64,000 nucleotides of DNA from a virus, in IMG/VR virus record IMGVR_UViG_3300036770_000877, positions 32,001 to 96,000 of that record; one strand, 5' to 3'. This document shows, one piece after another, positions 31,210 to 41,102 of the stretch. The translations under genes were made by a program, and so were the position numbers. Every line of letters starts with the position of its first letter. The stretch's first letter is position 1. The notes beneath the pieces were generated by a model. The model had not been told where the DNA came from. It did not search any database and saw only the letters and a program-made list of their open reading frames with translations.

Positions 31210-31503
31210 TTAAGAAACTTCAAGCCAATCTTGTTCTTGTTCGCTCCAGGCCCATTTTCCACTAGCAGGCTTTTCTTTTGGTGGAGTCCATTCAAAAGAT
31301 TCTTCATCTAGAGTCCACGAATCAAATGGCCTGGATATAATAAACTTATTTTTTTCTTTAGAATAAAGTGATCCTGGTCCAGCCCATCCAGTTTCTTCTG
31401 TAACTTCAACATAGATTCCTTCTATCTCATCGATAAGAGATGGAACTGCTACTATTACTGATTCAACAATATTTTCTGAATTAATTTTTGCAAAGTTTTT
31501 CAT
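31210..31503 (-). CDS. Small protein that follows glycine-rich genes (putative chaperone)
   Basis: Paralogue of 26885-27169. Confidence 0.75.
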   Translation of the reverse strand: MKNFAKINSENIVESVIVAVPSLIDEIEGIYVEVTEETGWAGPGSLYSKEKNKFIISRPFDSWTLDEESFEWTPPKEKPASGKWAWSEQEQDWLEVS

Positions 31504-32585
31504 GGTATATAGTACCTCACTATAACAACTCCTTGATCTGATCTATAAGGATTATTATTTCCGCCGCCTGAATCATGACTATGTCCACCTGATCTTCCAC
31601 CAAATCCGTAACCAGAGAATCCTGCAGTGTATTGTTCTGATCCGCTTCCATTATGGTGACCAGCACCACGACCTCCACCAGCATAAGATAAGTTTGTTCC
31701 AGTTATGTCAGAGTTATGGGCTAGACCTCCATTGCCTCCGCTGCCGTCAGCACCATTTCCTCCAGCACCGCCTGCTCCACCGCCGCCGCCGCCTCTACTG
31801 TTATGACTATTTCCTCCAGTAGAATTTCCTCCAGCAAAACCTCCGTGATATACGGGAGAACCTGCTGTTCCTAAACCTGTTGATGAAGTTTGTGTTATTC
31901 CAGAACCACCAGAGAATTGGCTATTATGTGCACCTGCGCCACCACCATTTGCACCAGAATGACCATTTCCACCATGGTGATTTCCATAACCTCCACCTAA
32001 AGCATAAACATTTCCAAAATATGTAGGATTTCCATTATTTCTTCCATTTGTTTGAGCACCTACAGTTACAGAAGTTGTACCGACTGCTTGATAAGCTGTA
32101 AGCTTTACAACTCCACCGCCACCGCCACCTCCGCCGCCATGATGGTCTCCACCAGATCCTCCTCCACCACCGACAAGCATTACGTTTACTAGTGGTAAAG
32201 CATTGTTAGGTAAAACAAAGTTTCCTGATGATGAGATTATTGATGGAAATGATGAAAAGTTTGCAAAGGCGTTTGGAAACTCTGTTGTTGCCTTAACTTT
32301 TGCTTTATACAAAGAAACCATGTCATTTTGAGGTGCTATAATATCAATCCTTGTAAAGCTATGAGAAATATTTGCAAGTCTGTTTAAAGCTACTCCTGTT
32401 GTAGTTGCTCCAACAAAATAGGCGTATCCATTTTCCTGATTTGTTGAATAAAGAGCATAGTATCCTGGAGTTCCACCTTGAGCCCATGAACGATTGTATG
32501 TAGACATATGAATAGATGCTACATATGTCATATTAGCCTGGCCCCCGCCACCTCCGACGGCTGGTAGTGTGTTAAATCCTGGCAT
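31500..32585 (-). CDS. Glycine/His-rich virion protein
   Basis: Paralogue of 27166-28254. Confidence 0.8.
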   Translation of the reverse strand: MPGFNTLPAVGGGGGQANMTYVASIHMSTYNRSWAQGGTPGYYALYSTNQENGYAYFVGATTTGVALNRLANISHSFTRIDIIAPQNDMVSLYKAKVKATTEFPNAFANFSSFPSIISSSGNFVLPNNALPLVNVMLVGGGGGSGGDHHGGGGGGGGGVVKLTAYQAVGTTSVTVGAQTNGRNNGNPTYFGNVYALGGGYGNHHGGNGHSGANGGGAGAHNSQFSGGSGITQTSSTGLGTAGSPVYHGGFAGGNSTGGNSHNSRGGGGGGAGGAGGNGADGSGGNGGLAHNSDITGTNLSYAGGGRGAGHHNGSGSEQYTAGFSGYGFGGRSGGHSHDSGGGNNNPYRSDQGVVIVRYYIP

Positions 32586-32920
32586 TATGCATCAAGCTCC
32601 GATCCGAATAGATTGAATGCGATTGATGTTGAGGCTGCATAAACTTCAACGATATCGCCTGCTGATACTGTCATAGAGAGTTGTAGTGCCTGTGAGACAC
32701 CGCCAGCTGCTGCTGTGTCATAAACAAGAGTTTGCTTGTTTGCTGCTGCTTCGCCAGCTACACGAACACGCACACGATATAAAATGTCGTCTGCTGTTAA
32801 ATTTGCTACGGTAAGAGATGAGCATACTGCCTCCTTACCTGTTGGAACAGCGTATAGCTGTGTCCATGTGGCATTAGCAGATGGTACTGCTTGCCCTAAA
32901 ACCTTATAATGAATTGCCAT
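32585..32920 (-). CDS. Small beta-sandwich virion protein
   Basis: Paralogue of 28254-28586. Confidence 0.75.
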   Translation of the reverse strand: MAIHYKVLGQAVPSANATWTQLYAVPTGKEAVCSSLTVANLTADDILYRVRVRVAGEAAANKQTLVYDTAAAGGVSQALQLSMTVSAGDIVEVYAASTSIAFNLFGSELDA

Positions 32921-32921
32921 A

Positions 32922-33290
32922 TTAAATCATGCTCCCTATGAATAGCACATTGAAATTTGTTGATGCGCCAGTAATTTGATTTAGAGCACTTGTTTTAGCA
33001 GAATCAATATCTGCCAATGCTGTTGCTCTGTCAGCATTTACGTCAGCTAATGAGTTAACTCTCTTTGTTTCGAGGTTAGCCAAAGCTGTAGTCTTAGCTG
33101 TATTAACTTCAGTAATTTTATCTGCTGTAGCTGCTACAATGTCATTTACTCCGAGCATCCCGCCCAAAGTTTGTAGTGCTGATGCAAGGTAGACTAGATC
33201 TTGTGCGGTATAGGTAGAAGTACCTACGCTTGCAGCGATCTCCGACTTGATAGCGGTAATTTCATTCGCTAACGAAGTATAATCAGGCAT
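32922..33290 (-). CDS. Coiled-coil virion protein
   Basis: Paralogue of 28591-28953. Confidence 0.75.
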   Translation of the reverse strand: MPDYTSLANEITAIKSEIAASVGTSTYTAQDLVYLASALQTLGGMLGVNDIVAATADKITEVNTAKTTALANLETKRVNSLADVNADRATALADIDSAKTSALNQITGASTNFNVLFIGSMI

Positions 33291-33514
33291 TACATCAACT
33301 CCATTTTATTCATTTTTAGTGCCATGGCTATTTGGTAACCCATTTTTTGCCAGCCACCTTTTGTGTACTGCTCAAGTGTATCATGAGTGGTATTAAAATA
33401 CAGGTCCCCGTGTGAAGGATTCTGTGGTCTTTCTTCTGCTGTTCCGACTGGAATTGCTGAGGCTGGAGCGGTAGAAGTAACAATTGTTGACGAGCTAGCC
33501 ACTCTTATACTCAT
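33290..33514 (-). CDS. Small fibre-associated protein
   Basis: PVGTAEERPQNPSHGDLYFNTT..LEQY..GW module. Confidence 0.7.
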   Translation of the reverse strand: MSIRVASSSTIVTSTAPASAIPVGTAEERPQNPSHGDLYFNTTHDTLEQYTKGGWQKMGYQIAMALKMNKMELM

Positions 33515-33813
33515 GGTGTTATTACACCTGAAATATGAAATTTAACACCAGCTGTAGAAGCTAGTCCTGTAATTTGCAGATTCTGTGCAAGCACAGTACG
33601 CATGTCAAGGATCATGGTGTCGTTTGCGCTAACAGCAATTTCGTCTAGATACTCTACGCCGTCAAATAGAATTGTTGCGGTAGTTGCTGAAGCTCCTGTA
33701 TTTGTAATAGAGATATTGGTTACGATGGCAGTCTTGTTTGCGGGAACGGTATACAACAATGTTGATGTTGTATTTGCTGCTCCCCTGAAAAACTGTACTG
33801 GTGTATTTGCCAT
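33511..33813 (-). CDS. Small beta-sandwich virion protein
   Basis: LYTVPANKTAIVTNISITN..FHISG; distant paralogue of 28254 and 32585. Confidence 0.7.
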   Translation of the reverse strand: MANTPVQFFRGAANTTSTLLYTVPANKTAIVTNISITNTGASATTATILFDGVEYLDEIAVSANDTMILDMRTVLAQNLQITGLASTAGVKFHISGVITP

Positions 33814-33819
33814 AATCTC

Positions 33820-34530
33820 CTACAATGCTCCCATAATTATACCAATTTCAGTGTCCAAAACGGAAGCTTTTGTTGCATTGATTTCATTATACACTGAAGT
33901 AGCAAAATCTGCATTATCTCCAATAGCCGCTGCAATTTCATTAAGCGTATCTAGGGCTCCAGGAGCTGAATCTATAAGATTTGTTACTCTTGTGTCAGTA
34001 TAAGCATTTGCGGTTGTTATAGCCCCAGCAACGGCTGTTGCAGTGGCATCTATGGCTCTTTGATTGGTAAAGTATCTATTATTTGTGCCTTCAGATAATG
34101 AATCTGTAGTTCTAGCTAGAAAATCAGAGGCAAAACTAGTTGATGAATATGGTGTTACCCAAGTTGTATCATAATCATTTGTTGAAGATTTTGCTGGAAC
34201 CTGCCCAACTGTACCGCCAGTTGGAAGACCAGGGCCAGAAGGTCCAACAGGTCCAAGCGAAACTTCTACCCAATATGTTCCATCATAAGTATAGAAATGT
34301 GGATCTACGTTATTAAACCAAAGATCGCCTTCTGTTTGTGATGTTGGTGGGTTTGACCCAATGTGTACTGCTGCTCCGCCGCCAGATCCAACTTCGACCC
34401 AGCCTGTGGCGGTATAAACTCTAAAATTATTTGTAGTGGTGTTTAAATAAAAATCACCAAGTTTTGGATTGGTTGGATTAGATGCTAATGAAACTGCATT
34501 TAAGGGAACTAATCTCTTTATAGAAGACAT
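33820..34530 (-). CDS. Fibre-like protein
   Basis: GDLWFN, GGTVGQVPAKSSTNDYDTTW, LSEGTNNRYFT, APGALDTLNEIAAAI. Confidence 0.75.
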   Translation of the reverse strand: MSSIKRLVPLNAVSLASNPTNPKLGDFYLNTTTNNFRVYTATGWVEVGSGGGAAVHIGSNPPTSQTEGDLWFNNVDPHFYTYDGTYWVEVSLGPVGPSGPGLPTGGTVGQVPAKSSTNDYDTTWVTPYSSTSFASDFLARTTDSLSEGTNNRYFTNQRAIDATATAVAGAITTANAYTDTRVTNLIDSAPGALDTLNEIAAAIGDNADFATSVYNEINATKASVLDTEIGIIMGAL

Positions 34531-34541
34531 TTATTTCCCCC

Positions 34542-35849
34542 TTAGCCTACTATTACTACCTTGTATGCTCCTGAAGCTGGTGCTACTGCAAATGTTAGTG
34601 CTACTTTTGCCTGAGTAGGTCTTGAAATTCCACATTCTACGTTTTCGTAAGTAGCAGCGTCGTAAACCTGAACTTGTACATCATATGTATCCATTCCATG
34701 GCTTACTTCAAATGATGTTGCTGCTCCGTCACCGATTGTTGCTACGAACTTCTTTGCTAATCCATAATATGTAGATCCGCCATCAGAAATTGTCCATGTG
34801 TCTGCTGTTTCGTCCCACAGAATTTCAACATCTGTTTCTGTTCCACGCTCTACACGAAGTCCTGCATTTGCTACTGGTGTTCCAGTAACATTAGAATTAA
34901 GGTTTACCTTGTTATCAACAATGTTGATTTCTGTAGTGTTTACAGAGTTTACTGTACCTACTACGTTTAGGTTTCCGCCAACTTGTAGGTCTCCAGTAAT
35001 GTTTACATTATCTGGCAAGCCAATTGTTACGCTTGTGCCTTCTCCAGAAGTTGGAGTTACTGTTACCTCACCTGTGGTTCCAGTAATGTTAGCTACATAA
35101 TCACCTGTGGTTTGTGTTCCAAGGTTTACGTTCTTGATTGTAACCGCACCAGATGTTACTGTAAAGTCTGTTGAATCGAATGAAGCAACACCCTTATTAG
35201 TATAAGTTGCATCTTCTGCAGCTACTGTAATTGTATTGTTTGTTACAGCAACATCGATTCCTTCTCCACCAGATACTGTTAGAGTGTCAGTAAGAAGATT
35301 TACTGTATCTGTTCCAGTGTCACCTGCGATTGAAAGTGATGTTGCTACTGTTACAGTTCCTGCTGCGGTCAAACGACCTTGTGCATCTACTGTAAATGTT
35401 GGGATCGCTGTTTGTGATCCATATGAACCTGCTGTAACGCCTGTGTTGGGAAGGTCAACGTTAACTGCAGCTGTTTCAGATCCTGAACCAGTTACTGTAA
35501 TTGTACCGCCAGAAGACGCTACTGTTGCTACATAGTTACCAGTTGTATCTGTACCTAGGTCGATGGAGTTTGCATTAATTGTGGCATTAAGTGTTACATT
35601 TCCATCTGTATCTGTTGTTGCGGTTCCTGAAAGGTCGCCGCCAAGAGTAATTGAGACAAGACCAGTTGCTTGCCAGTTAGTTCCATTATAATAATAAAGC
35701 TTATTTGTAGTAGTATTGAAGAATACTCTACCCTTAAATACCGATTCTGAACCTGACGCTACTGTTGGATTCGAAAGTGCATTTTCAATGCGAAGCTTTT
35801 GAATCTCCAGACCCGTCATATCAATCGGGGTTAAAAATTTACGTGCCAC
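34542..35849 (-). CDS. Fibre/decoration protein
   Basis: MARKFLTPID; LGTDTTGNYV repeats; GVTAGSYGS..IPTFTVDAQGRLT; GLRVERG. Confidence 0.75.
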   Translation of the reverse strand: MARKFLTPIDMTGLEIQKLRIENALSNPTVASGSESVFKGRVFFNTTTNKLYYYNGTNWQATGLVSITLGGDLSGTATTDTDGNVTLNATINANSIDLGTDTTGNYVATVASSGGTITVTGSGSETAAVNVDLPNTGVTAGSYGSQTAIPTFTVDAQGRLTAAGTVTVATSLSIAGDTGTDTVNLLTDTLTVSGGEGIDVAVTNNTITVAAEDATYTNKGVASFDSTDFTVTSGAVTIKNVNLGTQTTGDYVANITGTTGEVTVTPTSGEGTSVTIGLPDNVNITGDLQVGGNLNVVGTVNSVNTTEINIVDNKVNLNSNVTGTPVANAGLRVERGTETDVEILWDETADTWTISDGGSTYYGLAKKFVATIGDGAATSFEVSHGMDTYDVQVQVYDAATYENVECGISRPTQAKVALTFAVAPASGAYKVVIVG

Positions 35850-35874
35850 TTTGTATAACTCCTAGGTTTTTAAA

Positions 35875-36330
35875 TTACGACAGATATGCCTTCCCAGAAA
35901 ACTCTGCCGCAAAACTAATTATAACAGTATTGTCATTCTGGTACTGGACATGCCCTTCCACTTGGTTTCCATTATTATCTACCACAGTAACGTTTGGCTT
36001 AAAGGCCAATTTATGCATTGAAACTGGAATTGTCCATGTTGTTGAAGAGATTAGCTGCTCAAAAGCATATACTGACTCTGGTAGGGTAAATAGATCAACT
36101 GGAGTACCCCAGCTACCTGAATAGGTTCTTGGACCATACATCAGATACTCTGGAAGCTTTAGGTAGAAATCTCCTTCTACTGCTTCTGATGGAAATGTTG
36201 ATGTAGGTGTTTGGGTACCACTTAATATTGATTTACCTCTAGGACCTGGTTGACCAGTATCAGAAATGATTACATCATTATCTACTGTGGTAATATCAAT
36301 GATATTAGAATTATCAATATAATTTACCAT
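35875..36330 (-). CDS. Virion protein with short collagen-like segment
   Basis: GQPGPRG; TWTI..H.L.F.PNVTVVD..FSGKAYLS. Confidence 0.7.
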   Translation of the reverse strand: MVNYIDNSNIIDITTVDNDVIISDTGQPGPRGKSILSGTQTPTSTFPSEAVEGDFYLKLPEYLMYGPRTYSGSWGTPVDLFTLPESVYAFEQLISSTTWTIPVSMHKLAFKPNVTVVDNNGNQVEGHVQYQNDNTVIISFAAEFSGKAYLS

Positions 36331-36680
36331 TAAACTACCGTCACCGCCCTAGAAACTTCTAACCATCCTTCTACAAGTCTTGTTAGTTGACCTGTTGGTA
36401 TATGTTCAACAACTAAATCATATGCTGATTTTGGATAAGCAAACTTTGATGTTTTATCTGGAGCTGCATTTACTTCAATTTTTCCCTGGAGGGGAGTAAC
36501 AGTAATGCCATTACCTTGAGTCAAAGAAGCTAATACTTTCTTTGAACCTGGTGCAGATTTGATATCCATAAATACACGATATTGTGTTAAATCAATTGGA
36601 TCTCCGTCGGGATCTTTATAAATAAGGGTAAAGGTAAAGTTAGTAGATTGATCTACTTTAAAATTTTTAATACCAGCCAT
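36330..36680 (-). CDS. Ig-like (BppU/LtfC-type) virion protein
   Basis: VDQSTNF..YKDPDGDPIDLT..YDLVV..RLVEG.L.V. Confidence 0.65.
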   Translation of the reverse strand: MAGIKNFKVDQSTNFTFTLIYKDPDGDPIDLTQYRVFMDIKSAPGSKKVLASLTQGNGITVTPLQGKIEVNAAPDKTSKFAYPKSAYDLVVEHIPTGQLTRLVEGWLEVSRAVTVV

Positions 36681-36725
36681 TAATTAATCCCTCCAGATTA
36701 ATTCAATTTTATCACAAAAGCCGTT

Positions 36726-38660
36726 CTATGCTGATGTGGTAGTTAGGTCTACTACTTCGCAATTATCTGCGCTGCAGGCAAAGGTCTGGCTACCAGAAGT
36801 CATATCTTCTTTTTCATAGAAAGACAAATCTGACCAATTAATTGCTGAAGGCATCTTGGCCAAGAGCTCTAGGTATTCCAGTTCGGTTACTTCTTGATAC
36901 GGAGCCTGCTTATAGGTATGATCTGAATACGGTAAAAATGAAATTCCAGATACCTCGTCAAAATGGTCGTATACCCATGCCCCTACAGCCATCCATTCAT
37001 CATCACGAACAGATACGGTAATTGAAGGCTTATGCTCACACCATTCTCTCTGATATACCAACCATGTATTTAAATGGTCAATAGCAGTAAGGTCATTTCT
37101 AACAATTGCACCCTCTGGTGCTTTTACTGGGAATGAAAATACAGTTGTTGAGTCTGGCTTCATAAAGTCTGGTTCATTTGGAACCTCGTATGCCTTCATC
37201 AATTCTGTTAATGGATCTTTATTGTCTGCACGTACTGTACGGATATAGTATTCTGAGTGCCATGGGTGCATTCCTGAAGATACCCCAACCAACTGTGATA
37301 CTGTACCTGAAGGCTTAACGCATGTAATAGCTGCGGACTCAGGAATAGAAAGCTTTGCTGCTTCTTCCTTATTAGTCTCTCTTGCATAATCACGAAGACG
37401 GGCCAAGAAGTCAGAAAGGTCTTTAAGGTCTTCTTTTCCAGACATAAACTTGTGACCAAATTGTCCTGTTAAAGATACTCCTAGTAGTCTTTCTTCTTCT
37501 GTATTATCTTTCCATATTTTACGAAGATACTTAAAGTCTGTAAGTGTTGACTGCCATGTTCCAAGAACTGTGGCTAGACGAACCTTGTTTGCAATTGTTT
37601 CCTTAGTGTCATTTTCACGAATTACAACTTCGGATAGATTACAAAATTGATAAGGTCTAAGGATAATTTCTGAGCATGGGTTAGTTCCGTAGTGGATTTC
37701 TGGATCTCTACGCCCCCATCTGGCTGCCTGCTTTTGAGCAGCTGCCACATTGTATATACCACGCTCTCCTGATTTTGAGTCATATAAGTTTTTCCATTCT
37801 GCTATAAATTGTTCCATCTCTGGCTTACGAGAATATGCAACAGAGTTGTTAGACAAAGCACGTTGAGAATTATTCTCCCACCAGTTTCCAGTTTTTGCTT
37901 GTGCCATTTCAATATCATTGATATTAGAAAGTGAAATCATTGCAGAACGACGAACACCACCTACAACAACAATCTCACCAATCTTGCACATGATGTCATG
38001 ACATTCGATTGGCTTTAGTTGACGACCAACTGCATTCTTAAACTTTGCAATTGTAAAGTCAAAAAGATTTACTAGCGGTTGAGGTCCTGAAGAACGACCA
38101 CCCATTGTCTTAAGACGTGCACCAGCTGGGCGAAGTCTAGAAACATCAATTACTGGAATCTGTCCTGCCCAAAGCATTGCAAGAAGTTCCTTGTATGCCT
38201 TTGCCCATCCCTGCTTGGAATCTTCTACAACTATTGTGGTTGTAGTCTTTTCTAATTTTTCGGGGACAGCAGGAAGTTTATTAATGTATTTATACTCAAC
38301 AGAGAATCCTACACCTGTTCCACACATCAAGATATACATTGTTTCATCAAATGATCTTGGAGAATCAACTGGAACAAACGAACAGTTATAGCCTGCAACA
38401 TTATCTCTTTCTAGTGCAGCACCTGCAGTCATGACAGATCTCATTGATGGCATGATATCTAAATTGTAAACTGCATTACGAAGTTCTTTAAGTAGTTTTT
38501 CGTCTGGAGTATATCCGTGATTTTTACCTAAGTGATTTGTAACAAATGCAAAATATCTATCTACTGTCTCACCCCAGGTTTCTCTACGATTCTCGGACTC
38601 TATATATCTTGCATAGCGAGATAAAGCAATAAACTCCTGATATGGTGATGGTAACGACAT
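36726..38660 (-). CDS. nrdJ: Class II adenosylcobalamin-dependent ribonucleotide reductase
   Basis: RRETWGETVDR, MPSMRS, YNCSF, GTGVGFS, GGVRRSA, TNPCSEI, CVKPSGT, C-terminal ACSADNC; start at ATG 38660 behind AGAAGGAG. Confidence 0.95.
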   Translation of the reverse strand: MSLPSPYQEFIALSRYARYIESENRRETWGETVDRYFAFVTNHLGKNHGYTPDEKLLKELRNAVYNLDIMPSMRSVMTAGAALERDNVAGYNCSFVPVDSPRSFDETMYILMCGTGVGFSVEYKYINKLPAVPEKLEKTTTTIVVEDSKQGWAKAYKELLAMLWAGQIPVIDVSRLRPAGARLKTMGGRSSGPQPLVNLFDFTIAKFKNAVGRQLKPIECHDIMCKIGEIVVVGGVRRSAMISLSNINDIEMAQAKTGNWWENNSQRALSNNSVAYSRKPEMEQFIAEWKNLYDSKSGERGIYNVAAAQKQAARWGRRDPEIHYGTNPCSEIILRPYQFCNLSEVVIRENDTKETIANKVRLATVLGTWQSTLTDFKYLRKIWKDNTEEERLLGVSLTGQFGHKFMSGKEDLKDLSDFLARLRDYARETNKEEAAKLSIPESAAITCVKPSGTVSQLVGVSSGMHPWHSEYYIRTVRADNKDPLTELMKAYEVPNEPDFMKPDSTTVFSFPVKAPEGAIVRNDLTAIDHLNTWLVYQREWCEHKPSITVSVRDDEWMAVGAWVYDHFDEVSGISFLPYSDHTYKQAPYQEVTELEYLELLAKMPSAINWSDLSFYEKEDMTSGSQTFACSADNCEVVDLTTTSA

Positions 38661-38750
38661 TTTATGAAAACTCCTTCTAGTGCCCCCTGGCACTTTTAAA
38701 TTTTTGTTGGAATACAATCTTACCACAAGCTTTTACAAGTGCGGAAGTGT

Positions 38751-39734
38751 TTATGCAATGTTTTTTAAATGGGAAAAAGCTTTTTCGGTAAGTGTGTCCC
38801 AATTAAACTGATCATAAATTTTTGTAGTATTCTTTAGTGCAACTGCACTGTGTTTCTCAAAGTTTGATACTGCGTCTAACATTAAAGTCTTTAAGTGGTC
38901 TTTATTTGGGAAGAAAACTTTTCCAGGATGCATTAAAGGCCAAGGTGAGTCCCCAAGTGTTGACTCTAGCTTTAGAGTTATAAGATCTGCATATGGAGCC
39001 CAGGCGGATGTGCAAATGGTTGGCATTGCTGTAGCCATTGCTTGAAGCGGGATAAATCCAAAACCCTCTCCATAGCTAGGATATACAAGACAGTCATGTT
39101 GATGCATTAACATTACTAGACCTTCATCGGTCATTTCATTTACAACAAACTTAATATTGGGATATTGTGATTTTATATCCATATGGTTTCCAAACATGTC
39201 TTTATATCTAATCGTATTAGCATTATGACATTTTAATGTTAATTCATATTGGGGGTCATTTCCAAATAATTCTATAAAAGCTTGAATTACTAACTCTCCG
39301 CCTTTTCTAGGGGCAGGTTCTCCAATGTGTAAAAATCTAAACTTTGATCCAGGCTTTCTTACTTTAGGCTTCTTCCAAACATCATGTATTCCGTGACGAT
39401 AAACTTTAATAGGTTTTTCTACACCAGCATCTATAAAGAACTTAGCAGTCATTGCTGATGTAGCCCACACCTCATCACATTTATTCATATTTTCTAGCCA
39501 ATACATAGGCAAAACAGTTGACTCCCAGGGTGTATATCCGATAGTATATTGAGTAGGGTTGTTGAACTTATAGTATGTAGGTTGAACAAAATTAAGCTGA
39601 AGATCGGCATCTTCGTTATTCAAAGTGACGAGATGCCCTAATTTTTGGAGTGAGGAGACTATTCCGATTCCCGCCTGGCCGTATCCAACGGTGGAGTTAA
39701 ATCCAGACTCAGACGAGAAAAAACTTATATGCAA
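38751..39734 (-). CDS. GT-B (family 4-like) glycosyltransferase
   Basis: GYTPWES, FLHIG..RKG, YPSYGEGFGFIPLQAMA. Confidence 0.85.
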   Translation of the reverse strand: MHISFFSSESGFNSTVGYGQAGIGIVSSLQKLGHLVTLNNEDADLQLNFVQPTYYKFNNPTQYTIGYTPWESTVLPMYWLENMNKCDEVWATSAMTAKFFIDAGVEKPIKVYRHGIHDVWKKPKVRKPGSKFRFLHIGEPAPRKGGELVIQAFIELFGNDPQYELTLKCHNANTIRYKDMFGNHMDIKSQYPNIKFVVNEMTDEGLVMLMHQHDCLVYPSYGEGFGFIPLQAMATAMPTICTSAWAPYADLITLKLESTLGDSPWPLMHPGKVFFPNKDHLKTLMLDAVSNFEKHSAVALKNTTKIYDQFNWDTLTEKAFSHLKNIA

Positions 39735-39797
39735 GGGGTATTACCTTTCGCTTCAGAATATTTTCAGTATATCACAAAGATTTTTTAAAAAAAAGTC

Positions 39798-39826
39798 TTG
39801 ACAAGGTACAAGAAAGAGGTTATTAT
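39798..39826 (+). promoter_or_regulatory. Sigma-A promoter; leaderless start of the SLT gene
   Basis: TTGACA-17-TATTAT, ATG 6 nt downstream. Confidence 0.7.
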
Positions 39827-39832
39827 AATAAT

Positions 39833-40456
39833 ATGAGTAAAAACCTAAGTATTAGGTTACTTAGTTATTTATTAGTATTTATATTAGGAATTAATATTAC
39901 TCCTAGTATAGATTTTAGTAAATATACAAAAGAACCGTTAAAAAAGGTAAGTAACTTAGAAGATTTAAAGACTACTAAGGAATATCAAGAGTATCTTGAA
40001 TCTTTAAAGAAAACCATGGAAATTGTGAAAGCTAGAACTAATAAGCTTGAGCAATTTAAAAAGGCTAAGAAGTTAACCGATGAAGACCTTGCTATTTTAT
40101 TATATTTAGTAGGCTTTGAGGGTAATGAGCTTAAGAAGGCCTGGGCTATCGCTAAAACGGAGTCTAATGGCCGCCCCGTGGCATATAATGGTAATACAAA
40201 AACTGGAGACAGTTCTTATGGCATATTCCAAATCAACATGATTGGAAGCCTAGGGCCAGAGCGTCGAGAGAAGTTCGGGCTTGAGAGCAATAAGGAGTTG
40301 CTAAATCCAGTTACCAATGCAGAAATTGCATTTCATATGTCTAAGGGTGGAGAAAATTGGTCCTCATGGGTCAATTCAATCCAGAAAGCCAAAACATGGG
40401 TACTTAACTTCCCGAAAGTGGATCTAACCCCTTATAAAATACCTGTCGAAGCATAA
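39833..40456 (+). CDS. Membrane-anchored lysozyme-like transglycosylase (SLT)
   Basis: N-terminal TM segment; AIAKTESNG catalytic Glu; SYGIFQINM; NPVTNAEIA..GGENWSSW. Confidence 0.8.
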   Translation: MSKNLSIRLLSYLLVFILGINITPSIDFSKYTKEPLKKVSNLEDLKTTKEYQEYLESLKKTMEIVKARTNKLEQFKKAKKLTDEDLAILLYLVGFEGNELKKAWAIAKTESNGRPVAYNGNTKTGDSSYGIFQINMIGSLGPERREKFGLESNKELLNPVTNAEIAFHMSKGGENWSSWVNSIQKAKTWVLNFPKVDLTPYKIPVEA

Positions 40457-40494
40457 CCTTGACATTCGGTAAAATAAAATGATACAGTTAATCT

Positions 40495-40707
40495 ATGACA
40501 ATAGATAACACTGGGGTAATTGATATCAGAGTCGTAAGGCAATGGCTTGATACTCGCACAGACTTTTCCCATAATGTTTCTTGCGGTGTCAAGCTACTTG
40601 CTGGTTTTGACGACGACGGAGTATATCTTTTTTGTCTAGAATGTAGTGATAGAGTGTATGTAGGAATGGACACATATAGAACAATGGAACGGGAATTAAA
40701 TGGCTGA
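40495..40707 (+). CDS. Hypothetical Cys-containing protein
   Basis: Promoter TTGACA..TACAGT directly upstream; CLEC motif. Confidence 0.6.
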   Translation: MTIDNTGVIDIRVVRQWLDTRTDFSHNVSCGVKLLAGFDDDGVYLFCLECSDRVYVGMDTYRTMERELNG

Positions 40708-40885
40708 AGAAAACGACAACATCTTACTTGGAATCTATATACAACTATCAAGGGTGTATGATATGCTTATGATAATAGCAGATGGTGTTGGTAAAGGTGA
40801 AGAAGCATTAGAGATTAGAAATCTACATGCAGAAGGAAAGATTCTCACACCACCGCCATCATTAGTGGAGGATGAAGATGCCTAA
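40700..40885 (+). CDS. Hypothetical protein
   Basis: Coupled ORF. Confidence 0.6.
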   Translation: MAEENDNILLGIYIQLSRVYDMLMIIADGVGKGEEALEIRNLHAEGKILTPPPSLVEDEDA

Positions 40886-41054
40886 ATATTTTGTCACATT
40901 GAATCTGGAAGTGGATATTAATAAGTATGACAACATAGAGGCCATAGTCGACTCTTTTGACCTAATCGGTTCTGCTGAAAACACAGAAGTGTTAGATGTT
41001 AGTTACGAGAAGGAAGAAGAGTTTGAAGATGACTTCGAAGAAGAAGAATATTAA
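40878..41054 (+). CDS. Acidic hypothetical protein
   Basis: GGAGG RBS before ATG 40878. Confidence 0.55.
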   Translation: MPKYFVTLNLEVDINKYDNIEAIVDSFDLIGSAENTEVLDVSYEKEEEFEDDFEEEEY

Positions 41055-41094
41055 AAAATAATCCCCCAGGATTTCTCCTAGGGGATTATTTTTT
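41053..41094. terminator. Bidirectional intrinsic terminator
   Basis: AAAAAATAATCCCC..GGGGATTATTTTTT between convergent genes. Confidence 0.8.
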
Positions 41095-41102
41095 AGAGCT
41101 TA

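Noticed and set aside
652-38391. Plus-strand ORFs in the track (e.g. 1556, 4538, 16038, 33602, 35765) and nested minus-strand alternates (7167, 25887, 37208)
   Set aside because: Antisense or out-of-frame shadows of well-supported genes, with no RBS or recognisable motifs.
38661-38750. NrdR box or B12 riboswitch upstream of nrdJ
   Set aside because: No convincing match, and the gap is too short for a riboswitch.
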